A DNA stretch of 64,000 bases. It comes from Armatimonadota bacterium (GTDB taxonomy: Bacteria > Armatimonadota > Fervidibacteria > Fervidibacterales > Thermosaccharophagaceae). Below the pieces are notes generated by a model, which worked only from the letters and a program-made list of their open reading frames with translations, ran no database searches and was not told the DNA's origin. The DNA lies in contig JANXAS010000011.1 of assembly GCA_025062195.1 (NCBI GenBank), positions 6,149 to 70,148 of the forward strand, read 5' to 3'. Below, in pieces: positions 46,562 to 56,407 of the stretch (position 1 is the first letter of the stretch; each line of letters opens with the position of its first letter). Position numbers and translations under genes: made by a program.

Positions 46562-47048
46562 ATTCAAAGTTGAGGAGATACTTCCGCATCGCTACCCGTT
46601 CCTGTTTATTGACAGAATAATTGAGCTCGAGCCGGGCAAGCGTGCCGTTGCCGAAAAAAATGTCTCAATAAACGAGTCGTATTTTCAGGGGCACTTCCCT
46701 GGATACCCTGTTATGCCAGGTGTGCTTATCCTTGAAGCTATGGCTCAGACGAGCGGATTGATAATCCTGAGCATGAAGGAGCATAGAGGCAAGATTGGAT
46801 TGCTCGCCGGAATGGAGAGAGCAAGGATACGCCGCCCGGTATTCCCGGGAGACAAGTTGGTAACGCATGCCGAATTCGTCAACGCCAAAAGTAACATATG
46901 TTTGATAGATGCAAAAGCTTATGTTGATGGCGAGCTTGTGGCTGAGTGCAGATTTATCATGGCGCTTCAAGGCGATCAAATACTTCAGAGCAGCAGAGCA
47001 AGAAATTCAGAGGCACCCGATGTCCGTAGGTGTGAGCGCAATGCCTAA
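46551..47048 (+). CDS. fabZ: 3-hydroxyacyl-ACP dehydratase
   Basis: LPHRYPFLFIDRI and FQGHFPGYPVMPGVLILEAMAQ blocks. Overlaps lpxC by 11 nt. About 25-aa C-terminal tail. Confidence 0.9.
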   Translation: MKGEFKVEEILPHRYPFLFIDRIIELEPGKRAVAEKNVSINESYFQGHFPGYPVMPGVLILEAMAQTSGLIILSMKEHRGKIGLLAGMERARIRRPVFPGDKLVTHAEFVNAKSNICLIDAKAYVDGELVAECRFIMALQGDQILQSSRARNSEAPDVRRCERNA

Positions 47049-47159
47049 CTTGCGTCGGCAAAACTTGAAAGCAGTATGGCTGTCTAAGCGTTATGAGATG
47101 CACCGGTGAAAATAATCGCGGTGGTAACCACTCCACAGGGTTGAGACAACATAGCGGGA

Positions 47160-48065
47160 GTGTTAGCGATGAGAGAAGCGAAAAATGATGAGGCACTCGA
47201 AGTTGAAGAGAGCGGGCTAATGGAACAAATGTTCGCACACAGAAAGCGGTTTGAAGAGCAATTTAAGTGTATCATTCATCCGACCGCTATAGTTAGCCCG
47301 AAGGCTGAGATTGGCGAGGGCGTCATCATAGGTCCATATGCAGTTATTGAGGACGATGTGTTCATAGGTGATGGGACAATAATTGAAGCTTATGTGGTGG
47401 TTAAGCGTTGGACAAACATCGGAAGGAACAATCACATTTACCCTGGCACAGTTCTTGGTGGGGAGCCTCAGGATGTCAAATTCTCGGGTGAGAGAAGCTA
47501 CTTGATCATCGGCGACAATAATGTGATACGGGAGCATGTAACAATACACCGCTCAACCGGTGAGGACAACGCCACCCGCATTGGGAACAATTGCATGATC
47601 ATGGCTTACTGTCACATAGGACACAACTGCCTTGTGGGTGACTATGTAAATATTGCAAGTTACACAGGCATAAGCGGGCATGCGGTCATTGAAGACCATG
47701 CGACTCTTGGCGGGATGGTTGGTGTGCATCAATACACAACAATAGGTCGTTTGGCGATGGTTGGGGGCATGTCAAAAGTTGTTCAGGACATCCCACCGTT
47801 CATGCTTGCCGATGGGCGCCCGGCTCAGGTGAAGGGGATTAACAAGGTGGGTTTGGCAAGGGATGGAGTTCCACCTGATGTGCGCATGGATTTGCACCGC
47901 GCTTATAAGCTCCTATACCGCTCAAACTTGAACACCACACAGGCAATTGAAGCCATCATAAAGGAATTAAGGCTGAGCCCCGAATTGCTTTACCTTCTGG
48001 ACTTCATCAAGCGAACTGGTGAAGGTAGGGCAGGGAGACAAAGGGACAGGCGTCCAACAATTTGA
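47160..48065 (+). CDS. lpxA: Acyl-ACP--UDP-N-acetylglucosamine O-acyltransferase
   Basis: [21 protein letters not shown] and hexapeptide repeats. The true start is probably Met 47220/47229, giving the canonical N-terminus. Confidence 0.85.
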   Translation: MLAMREAKNDEALEVEESGLMEQMFAHRKRFEEQFKCIIHPTAIVSPKAEIGEGVIIGPYAVIEDDVFIGDGTIIEAYVVVKRWTNIGRNNHIYPGTVLGGEPQDVKFSGERSYLIIGDNNVIREHVTIHRSTGEDNATRIGNNCMIMAYCHIGHNCLVGDYVNIASYTGISGHAVIEDHATLGGMVGVHQYTTIGRLAMVGGMSKVVQDIPPFMLADGRPAQVKGINKVGLARDGVPPDVRMDLHRAYKLLYRSNLNTTQAIEAIIKELRLSPELLYLLDFIKRTGEGRAGRQRDRRPTI

Positions 48066-48183
48066 ACACATGTCCAAAATGTCCATCACAGTAACAGCCC
48101 CATCATTATCGGTCGCTATGGCGATGGCGAGCGATAAACATAAAAGTTGCAGGCTCAAATCATACCTTCCGGGAGATGCTACC

Positions 48184-49401
48184 ATGCGTGTCTTCCTTTC
48201 AGTCGGAGATGCCTCCGCTGACCTTTATGCATCACTGCTCGTTGAAGAGATGCGCTGCACCGGGATTAAGTTTGAATTTTGGGGCATAGGTGGACCGAGG
48301 ATGAGAAGTAAAGGCATCCGCTTGCTCGCTGAGACAACAAAGCACAGTGCTATAGGCTTCTTCGCAGCACTGCCGCATCTGCTCCCTATGTGGAGCATAT
48401 TCAGGCGGACTGTCTTCTGGCTTGAGAAATATCGTCCAAATGTGTTGGTTGCAATTGACTTTGGCGCAGTCAACAGGCGCTTGACAAAGCTTGCAGCCAA
48501 TATGGGTATCCCGACGGTCTACTACATTCCACCCGGCTTCTGGACAAAGAATGTGAACTCGGTGCGCCGTTATATTCACCCGAAAGTCATCTATGTGCCC
48601 ATTTACGATTGGCAGAAGGATATACTACTTTCAGCCGGCGCTGATAAAAGACAGGTCGTTTTTCTTGGGCACCCTCTGGTTGATGCCATGCCGGATAATT
48701 TGACCCGAAGGGATGCTGAGGAAAGATTGAAATTGCCCCACAAAGCGAAATGGGAAAGACCAATCAGAATTGCACTCTTGCCCGGAAGCAGGATCGGGGA
48801 GGTGACAGAAAACATCGGACTCATGACTAAGGCAATTTGTTATGCTGTCCGGAAGACCAAGGTTGCTGATGTTGAATTGCTTTGCGCGATTTCGCCGACA
48901 GTGGACTCAGGCAAGTTAATGAGGGCTTTAAATCGGGCTACTAAGCAGCTCAAGGGGATACAAGTTCTTGTCTTTGACGGCATGACTCACGAAGTTTTTA
49001 TGGCTTCAGATGCTGCTATTGCTGTAACAGGAACTGTCACACTTGAAGCAGCATGGCTTGGCATCCCGACAATCGCTATATTCACAACTAACTGGCTTAA
49101 CAGAACGAACGCTATCGTTATACACAAGCTGAGCTTACCGTTTTCTGGATGGGGATTTGTAGCGCTGCCGAACAGGTTGCTCGGAAGAAAAGTCATGCCA
49201 GAATTTGCATTATGGGCTTGCACACCAGAAACGGTCGGTGAGCAAATTGCAATGTGGCTTATGAACCCAGGCGATGCTGAGGCAGTTGCATGTGAGCTTC
49301 TGCAAGTCCGAAAACTTATGGGTGAGAAGGGTGCATCAAAGCGCGTTGCCGAATTGGTCATCCAACATGCCTTGGGTTTGACCGAGGTGCATTGCAACTA
49401 A
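48184..49401 (+). CDS. lpxB: Lipid-A-disaccharide synthase
   Basis: MRVFLSVGDASADLYASLL canonical N-terminus at ATG 48184 (GGGAG 9 nt upstream). The ORF is open from 48019, but that extension overlaps lpxA. Confidence 0.8.
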   Translation: MRVFLSVGDASADLYASLLVEEMRCTGIKFEFWGIGGPRMRSKGIRLLAETTKHSAIGFFAALPHLLPMWSIFRRTVFWLEKYRPNVLVAIDFGAVNRRLTKLAANMGIPTVYYIPPGFWTKNVNSVRRYIHPKVIYVPIYDWQKDILLSAGADKRQVVFLGHPLVDAMPDNLTRRDAEERLKLPHKAKWERPIRIALLPGSRIGEVTENIGLMTKAICYAVRKTKVADVELLCAISPTVDSGKLMRALNRATKQLKGIQVLVFDGMTHEVFMASDAAIAVTGTVTLEAAWLGIPTIAIFTTNWLNRTNAIVIHKLSLPFSGWGFVALPNRLLGRKVMPEFALWACTPETVGEQIAMWLMNPGDAEAVACELLQVRKLMGEKGASKRVAELVIQHALGLTEVHCN

Positions 49402-51293
49402 TGAGCGCAAATCAAAAGTGGCTGATTACGATAACCAAATTCAAAGGGGCTCTTGAGAGCCTTCACAGAACAGCTTTTGTGCGTTTGCTTAGCGAGTTTA
49501 AGCCCTATTGGAAAAGCCTGTTTTTCGCCCTCATCTTTATCGCGCTCGCTGAGGGAATAAGGCTATATCTTGTATGGCTCACACAGGACTTGCTCAAACC
49601 CATGATTTACGAGGGGTTCAAAGAGCAACGCTGTGACCCGATAATAGAGTCGCTAAAAAGAGCGCTGTCATCACTCGTATCTTCGCCTCGGTATGCTCAA
49701 CTTGCTTCAATATGCATTGCTGTCATTGTGTTTGCCTTCCTGAGGGCGCTTTTCACATTCGCGCACACATTCATGACTAACCGCGTTTGCCAGAAGGTTG
49801 TGGTCAACCTCCGTCACAAGCTTTATTCCCACATGCAACGCCTCTCACCAGCATTCTATGAGGCACACGGAACCGGTAGGCTGCTTTCTCATCTCACTAA
49901 CGATTTAAATGTGCTTCAAGTTATCAGCGCCATCGGTATACAGGACATAATCACAACACCGCTCCAAATGCTGGGAGCATTCCTCCTTATGCTCCGCCTG
50001 AGCTGGCAATTGACATTGATCGTGATGTTTATAGTCCCGATAACGGCGTGGCTCATCTACATAACTGGCAGGAGAATTAAGGTTGTGACAGGGCGCATAC
50101 AGGCAGCTCTTGCCGAAATGATGCGCACGCTAACCGAAGCACTTTCATCAATGCAGCTTGTGCAGGTGTTTAATGCCGAGAGGGAGGCGCTTGAGCGCTT
50201 TCGGGAAAAGAACATGACCGTTTACAGGGAGATGCTTAGGAGCCTGCGCCTAAAATCGGCTCTCACACCGCTCGTTGAGTTCATAGCCCTTTGTGGTGTT
50301 GCTGTTGGCTTGCTCATCGGTGGATATGAGGTCGTCTCGGGAAGGATAACGCCAGAGAGCCTTGTCCCGTTCATGATTTACTTTCACTTGCTTGCCTCCG
50401 GCTTCCGCAATTTGAGCCGAATAAACATTGTCAGAGAGGAAGTGAGCGCAGCGAGTGAACGAGTCTATTCAGTGCTTGACATACCGCCACAAGTTATGGA
50501 TGCACCGGATTCAATTGAGCTTGAAGATGTGAGCGGACACATAAAGTTTGAGGGTGTCACCTTCGTATACCCCAACGGAAAGGTTGTGCTTGGCAATGTT
50601 AGCTTTGAGATAAAGCCAGGCGAGAGTGTCGCACTCGTTGGACCAAGCGGTGCCGGGAAGACAACTATAGCCCGCCTGCTATTGCGATTGTATGAGCCAG
50701 TCAGCGGGAGAATACTCATTGATGGGCATGACATCAGGCAAATCAAGCTCTCAAGCCTGAGAAGGTTTATTGGCTTTGTCCCTCAGGAGGTATTGCTGCT
50801 TGATGGCACCGTCTTTGAGAACATAGCATTTGGGGAGCCAAACGCAACTGAAGAGGATGTGCTGCAAGCTGCAAAACTTGCTAATGCCCACGAGTTCATA
50901 TGCAGCTTGCCCGAGGGCTATAAAACTGTCATTGGTGAGCGCGGCGCGCGCCTCTCAATGGGACAAAGACAAAGAATAGCGATAGCGAGAGCAATCATAC
51001 GGGACCCAAAGATACTCATCCTTGATGAGGCAACCTCAAACTTGGATAGCGAATCAGAAGCCGAGGTTCAAAGGGCGCTTGAAAGCATACGCAACGGAAG
51101 AACGATGCTCATAATAGCCCACCGACTAACCAGCATAAGGGGTGTTGATAGGATTCTCGTGCTTGTTAATGGCGCAATAGTTGAGGAGGGTTCGCACGAA
51201 GAGTTAATTGAAAAGGGCGGTCTTTACCAAAAGTTACATCAGCTTCAGGTTGTTGGTATTAACAGGGGTGATGCAAGTGCCCAAGTTGGGTGA
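49401..51293 (+). CDS. msbA: ABC transporter permease/ATPase, lipid A flippase-like
   Basis: Six-TM domain plus NBD (GPSGAGKTT, LSMGQRQRIAIARA, ILILDEATS). ATG overlaps the lpxB stop (TAATG). The msbA assignment rests on context. Confidence 0.7.
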   Translation: MSANQKWLITITKFKGALESLHRTAFVRLLSEFKPYWKSLFFALIFIALAEGIRLYLVWLTQDLLKPMIYEGFKEQRCDPIIESLKRALSSLVSSPRYAQLASICIAVIVFAFLRALFTFAHTFMTNRVCQKVVVNLRHKLYSHMQRLSPAFYEAHGTGRLLSHLTNDLNVLQVISAIGIQDIITTPLQMLGAFLLMLRLSWQLTLIVMFIVPITAWLIYITGRRIKVVTGRIQAALAEMMRTLTEALSSMQLVQVFNAEREALERFREKNMTVYREMLRSLRLKSALTPLVEFIALCGVAVGLLIGGYEVVSGRITPESLVPFMIYFHLLASGFRNLSRINIVREEVSAASERVYSVLDIPPQVMDAPDSIELEDVSGHIKFEGVTFVYPNGKVVLGNVSFEIKPGESVALVGPSGAGKTTIARLLLRLYEPVSGRILIDGHDIRQIKLSSLRRFIGFVPQEVLLLDGTVFENIAFGEPNATEEDVLQAAKLANAHEFICSLPEGYKTVIGERGARLSMGQRQRIAIARAIIRDPKILILDEATSNLDSESEAEVQRALESIRNGRTMLIIAHRLTSIRGVDRILVLVNGAIVEEGSHEELIEKGGLYQKLHQLQVVGINRGDASAQVG

Positions 51294-51309
51294 GGAAACA
51301 CAATCTGGT

Positions 51310-52665
51310 ATGCAAGGCAACGGCTCAAGCCTAATTTATGCCATCTACAACATGGCACTTAATGGTGCAACGCCAGTCATCGCCCTATACATTGTTTACA
51401 GGTTGCTGGTAATGCGTAAAGGGTTAGGGGCGGTGAGAAATTGGTTTGGCGATATGCCGAAGCCGGGTTCAAACGGCAAAACAAAGCGCCTATGGGTGCA
51501 TGCCGTTTCAGTTGGTGAAGTGATGGTGGCACAGGCGTTAATCAAAATGTTGCGCCAACTTATCCAAGACGCATGGATGGTCCTGACTACAGTGACGGAC
51601 ACCGGAAACATTGTCGCCAAAAGACTGGCAAGCGAAGTTGACGCAGTGGCTTACTTACCCATTGATTATCACTGGAGTGCAATGAGAGCAATGAGAATTA
51701 TCCGCCCTAATGCTCTCGTGCTCATTGAGGGTGAACTCTGGCCAAATATCATAAGGTGTGCTAAGAGGAATTCATCAGCCATCATACTCGCAAATGGTAG
51801 GGTGTCGGATGCAACATACCATAGAGCGCTCACTTATGGACAGCCATTTTACAGGACACTGCTAAGGCAGTTTGATGCTCTTCTGATGCGCACAGAGATT
51901 GATGCGCAACGAATCATATCAATTGGTGCTGAAGAAAGCAAAGTTCACATAACCGGCGACATAAAGCTTGATGTGCACCAACTCAGCAATGAAGAACTTG
52001 AGCTCCTCCGCAAAGAGCTGCTGATGGAATTCGGCATCCCCGAGAGCAGTTTGGTGTGGGTTGCCGGGAGCACCCACCAAGGTGAAGAGGAATTGCTACT
52101 TGAGGTCTACAAAAGACTGCTGATTCACTTCCCAACGCTTCGTTTGATCATAGCTCCAAGACATATTGAGCGCTCAAGTGAGGTCGCTGCACTAATAGCA
52201 AGGAATCGCTTTTGGTGTGTGCGCCGGAGCTCTCTCCTTCATGGCACAATTGAGCCAAAGGCAATTAGCATGGCGACAGCCACACCCGTATTCTTGCTTG
52301 ACACGATGGGCGAACTGAAACGCATCTATGCTATGTCTACAGTGGCATTTGTTGGTGGTAGTTTAGTGAAGCGCGGCGGACACAACGTGATTGAGCCATT
52401 GGCATATGGATGTCCGGTAGTCTTTGGAAAGCATGTGGATAATTTCAGACCGCATGCTGCTGTGCTGCAATCTGAAGGTGTCGGATTTGTGGTGAGCGAT
52501 GCAGATGAACTTTTTGGCACTATGCTAAAGCTGCTCTCCTCACAGATGATGCGCACGCAGATAAGATGGCGCTCCAAAAAGCTACTTCAAGCCCACAGTG
52601 GCGCTGCATTCAGAACAGCAATGCACATTGCCAAATTGATAGCGGCACAAGAATCACGCCCATGA
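51310..52665 (+). CDS. waaA: 3-deoxy-D-manno-octulosonic acid (Kdo) transferase
   Basis: LWVHAVSVGEV block, typical two-domain GT30 length, and lipid A context. The ORF is open from 51208 and overlaps msbA. ATG 51310 is preferred. Confidence 0.8.
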   Translation: MQGNGSSLIYAIYNMALNGATPVIALYIVYRLLVMRKGLGAVRNWFGDMPKPGSNGKTKRLWVHAVSVGEVMVAQALIKMLRQLIQDAWMVLTTVTDTGNIVAKRLASEVDAVAYLPIDYHWSAMRAMRIIRPNALVLIEGELWPNIIRCAKRNSSAIILANGRVSDATYHRALTYGQPFYRTLLRQFDALLMRTEIDAQRIISIGAEESKVHITGDIKLDVHQLSNEELELLRKELLMEFGIPESSLVWVAGSTHQGEEELLLEVYKRLLIHFPTLRLIIAPRHIERSSEVAALIARNRFWCVRRSSLLHGTIEPKAISMATATPVFLLDTMGELKRIYAMSTVAFVGGSLVKRGGHNVIEPLAYGCPVVFGKHVDNFRPHAAVLQSEGVGFVVSDADELFGTMLKLLSSQMMRTQIRWRSKKLLQAHSGAAFRTAMHIAKLIAAQESRP

Positions 52666-52792
52666 TTTGCGGTATTTTCGCCGCTCAGAAATGGTGTCAC
52701 TTTTGCGAACACTGCTGAATGATGCGGCGCAATATGCATCTTGCCCGAGATTCTGTTGGCTTGAGGGCATAAGCATTTTTTAACGCCACTAT

Positions 52793-52851
52793 GACAGAAA
52801 CTGCCACCCTGTAGCGTTGCTCCTTGCAGGCAACGGTCGTTTGTAACTATC
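52793..52851 (-). repeat. Dispersed repeat family Rep-2, copy d
   Basis: GACAGAAACTGCCACCCTGTAGCG...CGTTGC/GCAACG hairpin...GTCGTTTGTAACTATC. Colinear with the reverse complement of copy b. Lies 128 nt after the waaA stop. Confidence 0.65.
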
Positions 52852-53332
52852 AAAATTGCCACATGTCCTTCATGGGCGAGGTGAAACCTAACAGCCATCG
52901 GATTTTTAGGGCATGACAGTAGCTCTGCCCTCCGAGGTTATACAATTCCAAGAAATTAGTGTGGCGTGGGCATAACGCACATGAATGCTTTGTAGGATGC
53001 TTTCGCTGTTGTTTTGCGCTGTCCCTTGCCTACCGAAGTGAACTACCGTCGGCTGAAGCTAATAGTTCACTGCGCCCATTATTTATGTGGGTGGGATTCA
53101 AAGACCATCAGGGATAGACTCTGACGGGTAGGTTAGGGGTATACCATTGGCACTGGTAAGGAATTTATAGTATCCAACCTAACTTATTGCAGAACAAACA
53201 AACGGCTGGGCAACATACCATCCGATTCTTAGGCATTTTTAAGCACAATGCTTCAACTGCTTTTTAGCGTTGCCGAACTTTTTGGACTGAAAATGCTTGC
53301 CAAAATGAACGAACACAAGCATTGAAAAGCCA

Positions 53333-53462
53333 ACTTTGCTCAAAAAAACTTGTTTTCGCTTTTCACACATGCCGCTGGCTTTAGCCAGCGGTTAGTGACG
53401 AATTAGTGAGCGCAGAATTCATTCGGCGAAAAATTTCTGTCGGGGATAAATCCTGACGCTAC
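53333..53462 (+). repeat. Dispersed repeat family Rep-1, copy 3
   Basis: ACTTTGCTCAAAAAAACTTG...CATGCCGCTGGCTTTAGCCAGCGGTTAGTGACGAA...AGTGAGCGCAGAATTCATTCGGCGAAAAATTTC. 8-bp hairpin 53372-53379/53384-53391. Colinear with the reverse complement of copy 1. Confidence 0.7.
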
Positions 53463-53497
53463 ATAATTTGTATGCTGCCTTGGTCTCTGAAATAGTG

Positions 53498-54451
53498 TTA
53501 CCGCGGCTTAACATAGTAACCAAATCTCCTGAGCGCCTGTTCATCCCTGCGCCAATCCTCTGTCACCTTTACCCATAGCTCAAGGAATACGGGCTTTCCA
53601 AGGTATTGCTCAATGGAGAGCCTCGCATCTTGCCCTATGCGTTTTATCATTGTGCCACCCTTACCAATCACGATTTTCTTTTGGCTCTCTTTCTCAACAT
53701 GGATTGTAGCTGCAATGTATGCTTTTCCACCGGGGCGCTCCTCAAATCTCTCCACAAGCACTGCAATACAGTGTGGCACTTCTTGATGGAGATTGTGCAG
53801 GACTGACTCGCGAATTAACTCAGCGAGCATGAACTTCTCCGGCATCTCCGTTATAGTCCCCTTTGGGTAATAACGCGGACCTTCGGGGAGCAGCTCAACA
53901 ATCTTCTCAACAAGTTTTCCAACATTGTCGCCGCGAGTCGCCGATATGTCTATGATGTATTCAAATTCGCCGAGAGAGGCGTATTGCAAACTATGTTCGG
54001 CAAGCACATCCGGCTTTACCAGATCTCGCTTATTGAGGGCGAGTATGACCGGTGCCTTTGAGTGCTTTATTTTGTTTGCCGCAAGTTTGTCCTCCGGCGT
54101 AGGTGATATAGAGACATCCACGACGAAGACAATAACATCGGCATCGGGCAGCTGTGCCATTGCTTCATCAACCAGGAAGGTTCCCAGCTTATGTTTTGGC
54201 TCATGCATTCCGGGGGTGTCCACGAATATGATTTGTGCCGTCTCAAGCTCAACAATCCCGAGAATGCGATTGCGAGTTGTCTGCGGCTTCGGTGAAACAA
54301 TAGCCACCTTCTCTCCAACGAGCAAATTGAGCAATGCTGACTTACCGACGTTTGGTCGTCCCCATAGTGTCACGAAGCCGGATTTGAAACCGGGCGGCAC
54401 ATCTTGTGATAAGTCAAGTCCATTCAAACTACTCTTGAGACACTCATCCAT
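53498..54451 (-). CDS. era: GTPase Era
   Basis: FKSGFVTLWGRPNVGKSALLN, DTPG, NKRD and a C-terminal KH domain. Met 54451 is preferred; the ORF is open to 54475. Confidence 0.9.
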   Translation of the reverse strand: MDECLKSSLNGLDLSQDVPPGFKSGFVTLWGRPNVGKSALLNLLVGEKVAIVSPKPQTTRNRILGIVELETAQIIFVDTPGMHEPKHKLGTFLVDEAMAQLPDADVIVFVVDVSISPTPEDKLAANKIKHSKAPVILALNKRDLVKPDVLAEHSLQYASLGEFEYIIDISATRGDNVGKLVEKIVELLPEGPRYYPKGTITEMPEKFMLAELIRESVLHNLHQEVPHCIAVLVERFEERPGGKAYIAATIHVEKESQKKIVIGKGGTMIKRIGQDARLSIEQYLGKPVFLELWVKVTEDWRRDEQALRRFGYYVKPR

Positions 54452-54899
54452 GCTTGACACCCCAATCATAACCAATTATCCGAGTGTTGTATGGCAACCT
54501 ATGTTCATCTGGGCTCTGTCGGTTGTAAGGTTTGTCAGGGCAGTTTAGCACATATGCCATCTCATTCCCGATGGCAGTAAAGCCATGCCACACCCTTGGC
54601 GGTATCATCACAAGTATGCGATTGTGGTCACCCATCACAAACTCGTTAATTTCGCCGTTCGTTGGTGAGTCGTCCCTAAGGTCGGCAAGCACAAGCTTTA
54701 TCATGCCCTTGATCGCGCACAGGTAATCAGTTTGATGTTCATGCATGTGCCATGCTTTTATGACACCCGGATAGCATGTCGTAATGTATACCTGACCAAA
54801 CTCACGGAATATATCATCATCACATCGCAGCACTTCAAACAGAAAGCCGCGCTCATCAGCATGCACAACCAGCTGCTTTACAGCCACACCGCAAATCAT
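54444..54899 (-). CDS. RmlC-like cupin (dTDP-4-dehydrorhamnose 3,5-epimerase family, short form)
   Basis: HADERGFLFE, GVIKAWHMH and IPPRVWHGF blocks. ATG 54899 lies 5 nt after AAGAGGTGA. Its stop overlaps the era start. Confidence 0.7.
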   Translation of the reverse strand: MICGVAVKQLVVHADERGFLFEVLRCDDDIFREFGQVYITTCYPGVIKAWHMHEHQTDYLCAIKGMIKLVLADLRDDSPTNGEINEFVMGDHNRILVMIPPRVWHGFTAIGNEMAYVLNCPDKPYNRQSPDEHRLPYNTRIIGYDWGVKHG

Positions 54900-55112
54900 G
54901 CTCTTCACCTCTTAATGCTTATCGCCAGACTATACGAGGTAGATGTGCCCATCCCGCACACAAATGATGCCATAGAGTCGTCATTTAAAGTGAAAGCCAG
55001 CAAGCCATAGACCACCCCCTCCCGCACACCAAAACCCTTCACACTGCCACACCCATGGCTTGCTGGCATTTTGATAGCTTCCTTGAAACCGAGCCCAGCT
55101 TATGCGAACGAT

Positions 55113-56390
55113 TTATAACCCAACAATATACCCATAACGCGCCCTGAACTCTTCTGGCGTCATCTTGGCTTTTGAGGCGAGCTTGTTCAGCATTTCCTCA
55201 TCTTCAAAGTCCTCGCGCTTAAGCCTTATCATGTAGTCATAGGCGCATCTATAAAGGTCGGAGTTAAGGTCAACCTTCCTTGTTCTCGCCCTGCCTGTCT
55301 GCGGATCTATGAATTCATCAAAAGCAAGCACTTTTCTCTCCCCCCGTATGATGCAAACCATGCCACCATCACGCAACTTCGGGTCAGTCGGCTCCTCCCT
55401 CAGAAATTCAATCGCACCATGCCCAAGTTGGCGTGTGTAAATCATGTCAAATACATTTGGCGGGGCACAGCGCAACTCATACCCGAGTGTCAAATCAACA
55501 ATCGTTATCTTATCACCGCGCTCCTTAAACCGCTGCTGTATGCGTCTCTTAATGACATCTCCAAGCGGGACCTCAGCCAAGCGCAGGTGCCCGTGTTCGT
55601 CACGCTCAATGACAACGCCAGGCATCGCTTCTAACTCCTCGGGGTCAAGTTTCTCACCGATACCCTCGGCTATTACAGCAACGCCATCTTCTCTTCCGAG
55701 GACTTTACTCTTCAGTATTGCCCCCTCAATTACATCGCAGACCTCGTCAAGCTTTATCTTATCTTTCGGGAACTCCTCGGGGATCACTGTGACTGTTGCA
55801 CCCGCTGCACTGCCAATGCCAAGTGCAAGGTGACCAGCTGCTCTGCCCATTGCGACAATGAAATACCATCGGACTGCAGTGCGTGCATCATCTATCACAT
55901 TTCGCACCAAACTCGCGCCTACCTCACACGCGGTCGTAAAACCGAATGTGGGGGTATTGTCCGGCAGTGGAAGGTCATTGTCTATCGTCTTTGGAACATG
56001 TGCGACGCGCAGTTGACCGCCGGACTCCCTGGCTATGCGATGCGCTACAGTAGCTGTGTCATCACCGCCGATGGTAACAAGGCATGTTATGCCAAGTTCA
56101 CGCAGGGCGTTGAGCGTGTTGGGAACACCATCGGGACGCTTGAGCGGGTTAGCACGAGATGTCCTAAGTATTGAACCGCCGAGAAAATGAATCTGTGAAA
56201 CATCCTCAATTGAGAGCGGCTTGACCTTTGTAGTATCACCCCTCATGAGATGCTCAAAGCCATCATAGATTCCGATCACATTCCAGCCCAAGTTGCGTGC
56301 CCTTATAGTAGCAGCCTCTATAACTCCATTTATGCCCGGTGCCGGACCTCCGCCAACAAGTATCCCTACTTGTTGCTTTACTTCCGCCAT
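55113..56390 (-). CDS. 6-phosphofructokinase, probably PPi-dependent type
   Basis: 425 aa. GGGPAPGINGVI, TIGGDDT (Asp where ATP-dependent enzymes have Gly), PKTIDNDL and MGR blocks. Confidence 0.8.
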   Translation of the reverse strand: MAEVKQQVGILVGGGPAPGINGVIEAATIRARNLGWNVIGIYDGFEHLMRGDTTKVKPLSIEDVSQIHFLGGSILRTSRANPLKRPDGVPNTLNALRELGITCLVTIGGDDTATVAHRIARESGGQLRVAHVPKTIDNDLPLPDNTPTFGFTTACEVGASLVRNVIDDARTAVRWYFIVAMGRAAGHLALGIGSAAGATVTVIPEEFPKDKIKLDEVCDVIEGAILKSKVLGREDGVAVIAEGIGEKLDPEELEAMPGVVIERDEHGHLRLAEVPLGDVIKRRIQQRFKERGDKITIVDLTLGYELRCAPPNVFDMIYTRQLGHGAIEFLREEPTDPKLRDGGMVCIIRGERKVLAFDEFIDPQTGRARTRKVDLNSDLYRCAYDYMIRLKREDFEDEEMLNKLASKAKMTPEEFRARYGYIVGL

Positions 56391-56407
56391 AGTTACTTCA
56401 CCCCCTG

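Noticed and set aside
48019-48183. 55-codon N-terminal extension of the lpxB ORF.
   Set aside because: It overlaps the lpxA 3' end. The canonical LpxB N-terminus (MRVFLSVGDAS) starts at ATG 48184 behind GGGAG.
52587-52898. 103-aa minus-strand ORF at the start of the 830-bp gap.
   Set aside because: It overlaps the waaA 3' end and Rep-2 copy d. It has no SD or motif.
53925-54548. 207-aa plus-strand ORF.
   Set aside because: It is antisense to era, which has unambiguous GTPase motifs. Its Ser/Thr-rich sequence looks like a shadow frame.
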